Assembly: GCA_034437815.1 (NCBI GenBank) | Contig: DAOTTC010000088.1 | Location: forward strand, 9,371-73,370 | From: Chloroflexia bacterium | GTDB lineage: Bacteria > Chloroflexota > Chloroflexia > QHBQ01 > JADMIH01 | DNA: 64,000 nt | Direction: 5' to 3' | Shown here: positions 56,959 through 64,000 of the stretch, piece after piece | Position numbering within the stretch: position 1 is the stretch's first letter | Layout: every line of letters begins with the position of its first letter | Program-made: the position numbers and the translations under genes | The notes under the pieces: generated by a model | Seen by the model: only the letters and a program-made list of their open reading frames with translations | Told to the model about the DNA's origin: nothing | The model's database searches: none

Positions 56959-59076
56959 ATGGCGGGCGACGCAGATATATTCAAGTACGAAACCACGCGT
57001 CGGGAACGCGAATTGATGGTCAAACAGCAGATCGAAGCGCGGGGTGTGCGCGACCCGGCGGTGCTCAAAGCTATGCGTGAAGTGCCACGTGAGCTTTTCG
57101 TGGAGGAACACCAGCGCCCCTTTGCCTACGCCGATACCCCATTGCCCATACCAGAGGGTCAGGTCATCACCCAGCCCTATCTGGTAGGGCTGATGGCTCA
57201 GGCGCTACAATTATCGCCTACGGACAGGGTGCTGGAAGTAGGCACCGGCTCGGGTTACGCGGCGGCTGTGCTGAGTCGCATAGCCGGCGAAGTGTACACT
57301 ATCGAGAGGTTCCCGTCGCTGGCGGAGGCCGCCATGCAACGGCTCGCCGAGCTTGGCTACAACAACGTGCATGTCAAGTTGGGCGATGGCAGCCTCGGCT
57401 GGCCGGAGCATGCCCCATATGATGCGATCTCGGTGGCCGCAGGCGGTCCGGCTGTGCCCAAAGCTCTGCTCGACCAACTCAAGATTGGCGGGCGCATGGT
57501 AATACCACTCGGTGACCGGCATGGTCAGTCTCTGGTGCGCATCGTGAGGCGTGGACCAGACCGCTATGAACGGCAAGATCTGGGGCCTGTGCGGTTCGTG
57601 CCGCTTGTTGGCGAACAGGGCTGGCCTGACGACCCCGCCCCCTCAGGTCGCAATCCGGGCAGCGACAGGATCGAACCAGACGTCCGCCACCACACACCGA
57701 ACCCCCCTGATCCGCCCGACCCCGATTCACCACGCAGACGGTATGAATTGCTGGGTCAGGTCGAGTCCGTGGCCGCGCTGATAGCCGAAGGGGCAGAGCC
57801 AATTGCCGACATTGAGAAGGCCACCTTGACCGCTTTGCTGAAGCGAATCGCGGGTTGTCGCGTTGTGCTCATCGGAGAAGCTACTCATGGTACTTCCGAG
57901 TTCTACAGGATGCGAGCGGCAATCACCCGTGCCCTGATTCAGCAGCAGGGCTTCAATTTCGTCGCGGCTGAAGCCGATTGGCCCGACACAGCCCGCGTAG
58001 ATAGGTATGTGCGCCATGCTACCACCCCCGGACGTGCCGCGCGTATCTTTGTGCGCTTCCCTACTTGGATGTGGCGCAACGTAGAGGTGCTCGATTTCGT
58101 GGAGTGGCTCCGCGAACATAACATGCATCTCCCACACAGCCGGCGTGTGGGATTCCACGGGCTTGACCTGTACAGCCTGTACGAGTCGGTGGCCGAAGTA
58201 CTGCATTACTTGGAGCAGGTAGACCCTGAGTCGGCACGCATCGCCCGGGCGCGTTACGGATGCCTGACGCCCTTCCAGTCCGACCCTGCCCTTTACGGCC
58301 ATGCAGCCATCACCGGTCAGTATAAAAGTTGCGAGCAAGAGGTGGTGCAGATGCTGGTAGACCTCTTGCGAAAGCGTCTGGAGTTCGAGTCAGGCGCGGA
58401 TGAGGAAGCAGGCGAGCGCTTCTTCGATGCTTTGCAGAATGCCCGTGTCATAGCCGATGCCGAGAAGTACTATCGCGCCATGTACTATGGCACCGCCGAA
58501 TCTTGGAACCTGCGCGACCGGCATATGTTCGAAACCTTGCAAACGCTTATGGACAGGTACGGACCCGATGCGAAGGGCATCGTTTGGGCACACAACTCAC
58601 ACGTGGGGGATGCCTGTGCGACCGAGATGTTCGAGCGTGATGAGATCAATATCGGGCATTTGGCGAGGCAGGCATATGGCATGGAGGCGTACATTATAGG
58701 CTTCGGCACTGACCATGGCACGGTAGCCGCGGCCTCCAACTGGGGTGAGCCTGTGCAGATAATGCAAGTGCGCCCGGCCCACCCTCGGAGTTATGAGCAC
58801 TTGTGCCACCGCTCCGGAGTGCAAGCCTTTATCCTCAGCCTGCGCCAACCGGCCGTGCAAGCGCTCGACGAGGAATTGCGCGTGCAACGGCTGGAGCGAG
58901 CTATCGGGGTCATCTACCGGCCAGAGACCGAATTGCTCAGCCACTATTTCGAGGCCAGCCTGCCCGCGCAGTTCGACGAGTATATCTGGTTCGACGAGAC
59001 GCACGCTGTCACTCCTCTGGGTCGACCGCATGCGCCTCGCCTGCCCGACACCCACCCCTTTGCTTTGCTCGACTAA
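56959..59076 (+). CDS. pcm: protein-L-isoaspartate O-methyltransferase fused to erythromycin esterase-family domain
   Basis: VLEVGTGSGY, GDGSLGWPEHAPYDAI; then IGEATHGTSEFY, RFPTWMWRN, WNLRD, WAHNSHVGDA, ERAIGVIYRPE. Confidence 0.92.
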   Translation: MAGDADIFKYETTRRERELMVKQQIEARGVRDPAVLKAMREVPRELFVEEHQRPFAYADTPLPIPEGQVITQPYLVGLMAQALQLSPTDRVLEVGTGSGYAAAVLSRIAGEVYTIERFPSLAEAAMQRLAELGYNNVHVKLGDGSLGWPEHAPYDAISVAAGGPAVPKALLDQLKIGGRMVIPLGDRHGQSLVRIVRRGPDRYERQDLGPVRFVPLVGEQGWPDDPAPSGRNPGSDRIEPDVRHHTPNPPDPPDPDSPRRRYELLGQVESVAALIAEGAEPIADIEKATLTALLKRIAGCRVVLIGEATHGTSEFYRMRAAITRALIQQQGFNFVAAEADWPDTARVDRYVRHATTPGRAARIFVRFPTWMWRNVEVLDFVEWLREHNMHLPHSRRVGFHGLDLYSLYESVAEVLHYLEQVDPESARIARARYGCLTPFQSDPALYGHAAITGQYKSCEQEVVQMLVDLLRKRLEFESGADEEAGERFFDALQNARVIADAEKYYRAMYYGTAESWNLRDRHMFETLQTLMDRYGPDAKGIVWAHNSHVGDACATEMFERDEINIGHLARQAYGMEAYIIGFGTDHGTVAAASNWGEPVQIMQVRPAHPRSYEHLCHRSGVQAFILSLRQPAVQALDEELRVQRLERAIGVIYRPETELLSHYFEASLPAQFDEYIWFDETHAVTPLGRPHAPRLPDTHPFALLD

Positions 59077-59103
59077 TGTCGACCTCCTGTGGAAGGGCAA
59101 AGG

Positions 59104-59134
59104 GAGGGGTTTGGGTAAGGCAAAGCCCTAGCCC
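59104..59134. repeat. degenerate hairpin repeat family II
   Basis: GAGGGGTTTGGGTAAGGCAAAGCCCTAGCCC resembles the minus-strand reading of the 15483 copy. Confidence 0.45.
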
Positions 59135-59139
59135 GCCTG

Positions 59140-60849
59140 TTATTCTCCGGGCAGGCTGCTGAGGTTCTGGTTCTCCGCGTAATCCACCGGCACCTCTATC
59201 ACCGATGGCACGTCGAGGTCAAGAGCGCGTCGAATCAATGGCAGGAAGTCTTCTGCACGCTCGACCCGCCATGCGGGCAGGCCAAAGGACTGCGCATACT
59301 GCACAAAATCCGGGTTGGCGAACTCTACGCCGTGTGCGCGCCCGAAGCGCCGCATCTGGTTCAGTTCGATGAGGCTATAGCGATTGTCCGTCCACACCAC
59401 GTTCACAAAGGCCGTGCCCAGCCTCTTCGCGGTCTCCAACTCTTGCGAGTTCATCATGAAGGCCCCATCGCCACTCACCGCGACCACCTTGCGCTCCGGC
59501 AGGGCGAGCTTGGCCGCTATTCCACCGGGCAAGGCTATGCCCATGGATGCGAAACCGTTGGCTATGACCACGGTGTTGGGCCTGCTGGCTGGGAAGAAAC
59601 GGGACAGCCATACTTTATGGGCACCCACATCACTGATGAGTATGTCATCGTCGCCCAGTGCCTGCCGCAGGTCCCAGACTACTCGCTGCGGCTTGATGGG
59701 CATGGCAGGGTCATTGGCATAACGGCGTAGCTCCTTCAAATGGCGTCCCGCCTGCTGACCTGCCGCTCCTGCCGCTCCTGTCGCACCCCCCTGCTCGCCC
59801 CGGAAATTGGAGTGTGTCCCGCACAGCGCCGCCAGCGCTCTCAGCGACTCCCCGATCTCGCCCACCACTTCCACCGATGGGATATAGTGTCCATCAATCT
59901 CGGCCGGGGTGCTGTCAATATGCACTATCTCCTTATCGCGCTTGGGGTTCCATAGGGCAGGCGCCCATTCGACCAGATCGTAGCCAACGGTCACCACTAG
60001 ATCGGCTCTGGCAAGTTGCTCCATACTAGCCAGATCGGCGCCCGGACGCTGTAGTCCCACAGCCGGCAGGGCCAGAGGGTCGCGATAGTCGAGCGCCCCC
60101 TTGCCCATAAACGTATGGGTCACCGGTACGTTGAGCGCGTGGGCGAACTCGCGCAGGGCATCCGCCGCGCCCCACCCCGCGGCCTGCCTGCGTATTACGC
60201 CATTGCCTGCCAGCACGAGCGGGGCACTTGCCGCGCGAATCAGCTCTGCGGCTCGCTGAAGCGGCTTCTCCCCGGCCCGTGGATACGAGGTGCGGCGCAC
60301 CGGCATGGGCTTGATGTCGGCGGGCAATGGCTCACCGGCCACATCCTCTGGAAGCTCCAGATGCGTGGCTCCCGGCTTTTCCAGCCTTGCCAGCCGAAAC
60401 GCTTTGCGCACCATCTCAGGGATAGCGTCCGGCCTCTCAATACGGGCATTCCACTTGGTGACCGGCTTGAGCATCTGCACCACGTCAATGTACTGGTGGC
60501 TCTCTTTGTACACCCGCTCCAACCCCGCCTGACCTGTGATAGCCACCAGCGGCGCGCGATCCAGATAGGCATCGGCTATGCCCGTGATCAGGTTGGTGGC
60601 TCCCGGTCCCAGCGTCGCCATGCACACGCCCGGATAGGTGCTCAACCGCCCGTACACGTCTGCCATGAAGGCCGCGCCCTGCTCGTGCCGGGTGACCACA
60701 AACCGGATCTGCTGGCTGTCGGCCAGCGCGTCCAATACGTCCAGTATCTCCTCTCCCGGCAACCCGAAGATGTATTTCACGCCTTCGTTTTCGAGGCACC
60801 GCACCAGCAACTGCGCCCCGATTTGCCCGTCACGCTGTATTTTCACCAT
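59140..60849 (-). CDS. TPP-dependent enzyme, acetolactate synthase-like (possibly 2-oxoglutarate decarboxylase clade)
   Basis: FGLPGEE, RHEQGAAFMAD, TLGPGATN, SDVGAHK, GDGAFMMN TPP motif. Confidence 0.9.
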   Translation of the reverse strand: MVKIQRDGQIGAQLLVRCLENEGVKYIFGLPGEEILDVLDALADSQQIRFVVTRHEQGAAFMADVYGRLSTYPGVCMATLGPGATNLITGIADAYLDRAPLVAITGQAGLERVYKESHQYIDVVQMLKPVTKWNARIERPDAIPEMVRKAFRLARLEKPGATHLELPEDVAGEPLPADIKPMPVRRTSYPRAGEKPLQRAAELIRAASAPLVLAGNGVIRRQAAGWGAADALREFAHALNVPVTHTFMGKGALDYRDPLALPAVGLQRPGADLASMEQLARADLVVTVGYDLVEWAPALWNPKRDKEIVHIDSTPAEIDGHYIPSVEVVGEIGESLRALAALCGTHSNFRGEQGGATGAAGAAGQQAGRHLKELRRYANDPAMPIKPQRVVWDLRQALGDDDILISDVGAHKVWLSRFFPASRPNTVVIANGFASMGIALPGGIAAKLALPERKVVAVSGDGAFMMNSQELETAKRLGTAFVNVVWTDNRYSLIELNQMRRFGRAHGVEFANPDFVQYAQSFGLPAWRVERAEDFLPLIRRALDLDVPSVIEVPVDYAENQNLSSLPGE

Positions 60850-60852
60850 TTT

Positions 60853-63393
60853 TCATCCCCTTTCATCCCCCGTCCGAATTTTAGGTCTGGGTCTCGGTCT
60901 TTTCAGGATCAACATCCCCAGCAGTGCAAGGGTCAACGCGCTTATGGTGCCGGCCGGCACGAGCGTGGTCGGCACAAAGGTGAAGGTCACCACGTGCTTG
61001 CCAGCGGTGAGGGGCACGGCTCTGAGCAACAAGTACGCAGTGTATATCTTCTGCGCGCGCCCGTCCACACTTACCTGCCACCCCGGATAGTTCGGGTCGG
61101 CTAACACCAGCCATGCCGGTTGCCGTAGGTCCACCTCAATCTGTACGCTGTTGCGTCGGTAGACAGTGATCCGAGAGGCGCCTATATGCGTTGGGGAGCG
61201 CCCCTGCGCGGTCGCAACCCCGGCGTCCTCGACCGGCGCTGTGGCGGTCGGCTCTTCCTCAAGCAGTACCACTTGTCGAGGGTCGAAATCCTCTGCCGCC
61301 AGCAGTGCCTTTATCTCTTCGGCGCTGGCTACTCTGGCCTTCGGCACTATAAATGTTCTGGGCAGCGCGTTTGGGTTCTCGTAAATAATCAACTCCTTAG
61401 AGTAAACAATGGTGAGGTTCGCCACGGCTGCGGTGGTCAACGGGACCGCGCTGGTTATGTATCGCACCCCCAGCAGCGAAGCAGGCGTGGATGTGTACAC
61501 CTGCGGGCGTATGAACACATTGGAGTATGGGCCTCCTCCCCGCTTCGGCAGCACTCCGGGGTCCACTGTTGCCCAGAATTCTTCGTACCTTCGCGTGTGC
61601 AGGGAGTCGTAGCCGTGTACCGAGTCGAAGCCATACAGGGTCTGGGTGTTCGGGTTGAGCACCGGCATCGGGCTGTCAATTCCCATTACGCGCCACTGCC
61701 CATGTGCGGACCGCAGCCGGTTGATCGCTTCAAACTGGGGTGCTACATCGTCGGGATCGACGAAAGAATTGTAGCCGGGCACGGCTGTGAGCAGGTCGAA
61801 GCTCACAGCAAGCAAAAGCGCCGCCCCCCACAGAGGCGACAGCGCATACCACGCCCCAACGGGCGTCGCCCTCTGCCCTCTGCGTATGCGTATTCCATCA
61901 AAGCGCAGCAGGGCGATTAGCGCAAGGCTCAGCGCAGCCCACACTATTCCCCGGCCCAGTTGGCTTTCTTTGAGCGCGCGGTGTGCGGGGTCCTGCTCGG
62001 TCGAGTAGAGCACCCACGCATAGCCGAAAGCCGCAACCGAAGCGACACACAGCGCTCCCATCGGCCATATAGTGCGGCTTATAGCATGGTCCGTGCCCTT
62101 CTGCGAGCGACCCACCAGAGCGTCATATCCGATGCCTGCCAACACGCACAGCCCGAATATTAGCAGGTAACCTATGCGCGATGGCACGAGCGCATTCAGG
62201 CCCGGCAGCCACCGCAGGTACAGAAACGGTCCGATGCCATAGGTTACAAGCACCGCGATCAACGCCAACCCGGCCCACAACCATACGTGTCGGAAGGGGC
62301 GTTGCAACAGCGCCACCCCCGCCAGCAATAGGGGTGCTACCCCTATATACCATAGGTCGCCGAACACCATTGGCGGTCCGATGCCCGGCACTGCGGTGCT
62401 GAAGTATTCGGGCATGAGCATGCGGAGCAAATTGGCAAGTGAAGGCGAGTTCGAAGACACACGCCCGCTCGTTCGCGTAGCTTCACCCACCAGCTCGAAG
62501 ATGGGAGCCAGATGTACTGCCGCCAGCGCGAGGCCACCTGTCATCGCCAGCACCCCGCGACACGCCAACGCCGCCGCTCCCCTCCAGCCCCCCGCCAAGG
62601 CCCCTGCTGCTCGCCATATCACCCAGCACGCGAGGGCGAAGTAGCTGTAGAGCACCCACTGCATGTGCCCTGCAACCGCCTGTAACCCACATATCAGCGC
62701 CGCCCCTGCCACCCATCGGGCCTGACCTGACTGCATGGCCTTGTCCGTGAACAACAGCATCCACGGCAACCAGCCATATACCGATGCTACTCCTGTGATG
62801 TTCAGCGCAAGCTGCATCATGCCGCTTCCCGCGAACGCCAAACCAGCGATGAGCGCCCCTCGCCTGCTTACGTGCAGATGACGGCAAAGATAATACATGC
62901 CCGTCCCCGCCAGCAACAGGTTGAACAGAACTAGCGCCTGTATAGAGGTCGACAGGGGTAGGAGCCACAGTATCCACGTGACCGGATAATAGAGTTGGCT
63001 CTGCGAGTTGGCTGTGTACGGAAAGCCGCTGAAAGCATGGGGGTCCCACAGAGGCCACTCGCCGTCTATCACCGCGTTTCTGGCGAACACCATCCAAGGC
63101 AGATACAACAGGGCCGAGTCGGCCACAACAGGGTTATGTACCGGCCTGTCTGCGAGCCGGTTCCACGGGGACCATAGGGCCAGCGTGTCGGAGGCTATGG
63201 GCACTTTGCCTTGCAGCACCGGTGCACACAGGGCCAGCGCGAACCCCGCGAGCACCACCAGCGCCCCTGCGTCCGCTTTGAGAGCGGCCGAGGCGCGGCT
63301 CGCGTGCTCCAGCATCCGCGGGCGTATCGTCTTCGCTGCAATCTCGGCGCCGGCATCAACAGCGCTTGAGCTTTCGCTACCGCCGGACAGCAT
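60853..63393 (-). CDS. YfhO family membrane protein (GT-C-like)
   Basis: WPLWDPHAFSGFP, YYPVTW, AGHMQW, C-terminal LVLADPNYPGWQVSVDG..LRAVPLTAGKHVVTFTF. Confidence 0.88.
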   Translation of the reverse strand: MLSGGSESSSAVDAGAEIAAKTIRPRMLEHASRASAALKADAGALVVLAGFALALCAPVLQGKVPIASDTLALWSPWNRLADRPVHNPVVADSALLYLPWMVFARNAVIDGEWPLWDPHAFSGFPYTANSQSQLYYPVTWILWLLPLSTSIQALVLFNLLLAGTGMYYLCRHLHVSRRGALIAGLAFAGSGMMQLALNITGVASVYGWLPWMLLFTDKAMQSGQARWVAGAALICGLQAVAGHMQWVLYSYFALACWVIWRAAGALAGGWRGAAALACRGVLAMTGGLALAAVHLAPIFELVGEATRTSGRVSSNSPSLANLLRMLMPEYFSTAVPGIGPPMVFGDLWYIGVAPLLLAGVALLQRPFRHVWLWAGLALIAVLVTYGIGPFLYLRWLPGLNALVPSRIGYLLIFGLCVLAGIGYDALVGRSQKGTDHAISRTIWPMGALCVASVAAFGYAWVLYSTEQDPAHRALKESQLGRGIVWAALSLALIALLRFDGIRIRRGQRATPVGAWYALSPLWGAALLLAVSFDLLTAVPGYNSFVDPDDVAPQFEAINRLRSAHGQWRVMGIDSPMPVLNPNTQTLYGFDSVHGYDSLHTRRYEEFWATVDPGVLPKRGGGPYSNVFIRPQVYTSTPASLLGVRYITSAVPLTTAAVANLTIVYSKELIIYENPNALPRTFIVPKARVASAEEIKALLAAEDFDPRQVVLLEEEPTATAPVEDAGVATAQGRSPTHIGASRITVYRRNSVQIEVDLRQPAWLVLADPNYPGWQVSVDGRAQKIYTAYLLLRAVPLTAGKHVVTFTFVPTTLVPAGTISALTLALLGMLILKRPRPRPKIRTGDERG

Positions 63394-63450
63394 ATGGCAT
63401 TCAGGTTAGGATACAGAAGGCCTTACGTTTTACGTCTTATACCACCTCGG

Positions 63451-64000
63451 TCAGTAGCCAGTCAACCTGTCAATCATGCCGCGCTCCTTGGCCAACCGCT
63501 CGACCCAGCTGTAGAACAGATAAGCCCCCAATGCGCATATCGCGGCGCTCGCCATCAGGATGAGCAGCAACTGCCCGTTATCAATGCCGGCCAGTGCAGG
63601 GCTGACCGGCGTATGTTGCACGGGCGCGGTACCGGCCCCGGAGATGCCGCTCTCTGTAATGGTGACGATACCACCTGTCATGGCCCGCCTCATGGCTTCC
63701 AGCCAGTAGGTCACAGGTAACAACAGGCCCACCTCACGTAGCACCGGCGGCAAGATGTCTATCGGAAAATACGCCCCGCTGAACAGTAACAGGCTTCCGC
63801 CCACCACCTCACCTATGAAACCACCATGCCGCGCCACCACCAACGCCACTCCTGCCAGCACTAGCCCCAGCGCGAGCAGTACCACCATGCCTAGCAGGAA
63901 GTATGGCACCAGCCAGCCCCACTGCACCCTGTTGATGTCTAACCGCAGGCCAAGCAACAGCGCCCCTGTGCCCAGCAACACCACAGTGGTCAACAGACCC
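63451..64000 (-). CDS. ABC-2 type transporter permease; 5' end outside window
   Basis: SGAYFPIDILP..LPVTYWLEAMRRA; multi-TM. Confidence 0.85.
   Translation of the reverse strand, partial: GLLTTVVLLGTGALLLGLRLDINRVQWGWLVPYFLLGMVVLLALGLVLAGVALVVARHGGFIGEVVGGSLLLFSGAYFPIDILPPVLREVGLLLPVTYWLEAMRRAMTGGIVTITESGISGAGTAPVQHTPVSPALAGIDNGQLLLILMASAAICALGAYLFYSWVERLAKERGMIDRLTGY

Noticed and set aside
55961-60849. comA plus the ALS-like gene as a coenzyme M pathway (ComDE/Xsc)
   Set aside because: The TPP enzyme is full-length and ALS/OgdA-like rather than the short ComD/ComE type. comB and comC are absent and the genes are not co-operonic.
1-64000. CRISPR array, tRNA, rRNA or prophage
   Set aside because: There are no equal-length repeats with unique spacers, no tRNA cloverleaf or rRNA signature, and no capsid, terminase or transposase genes. 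The dispersed repeats lack regular spacing.

Overview
A 64 kb, GC-rich chromosomal window, most likely from a Chloroflexota bacterium. This is inferred from a GT39+DUF2298 'YYY' protein, Cys-flanked SLH modules and a Chloroflexota-type C-terminal domain. Most of it is housekeeping and cell-envelope genes: tatB/cutA, a MoxR-vWA operon, 5-oxoprolinase, a leucine-catabolism (liuBCDE) plus second biotin carboxylase plus methylmalonyl-CoA mutase operon, ferredoxin, PPase, cinA, an M16 peptidase, adenine deaminase, mutL, a TPP-riboswitch-controlled thiN-ykoEDC operon, rpmI-rplT, several secreted cell-wall proteins, glycosylation genes and a small stress cluster. I saw no tRNA, rRNA, CRISPR array, transposase or phage structural gene. 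The most interesting signals beyond the gene calls are these. (1) A lone, catalytically intact tyrosine recombinase has a symmetric dif-like core site (11-6-11, TAA-N6-TTA) just upstream, a candidate single-recombinase Xer/dif or resolvase system. (2) A secreted SpoIID protein carries both an X-dockerin and a cohesin. (3) A probable 6S RNA has its own sigma70 promoter. (4) Several families of dispersed REP/PATE-like hairpin repeats occur, one with a conserved 26-nt module. (5) An 'acetolactate synthase' looks more like cyanobacterial 2-oxoglutarate decarboxylase. (6) A methyltransferase-flippase-NPPY methyltransferase-GT-C cassette lies next to the recombinase. All family assignments come from motif recognition by eye; no searches were run.
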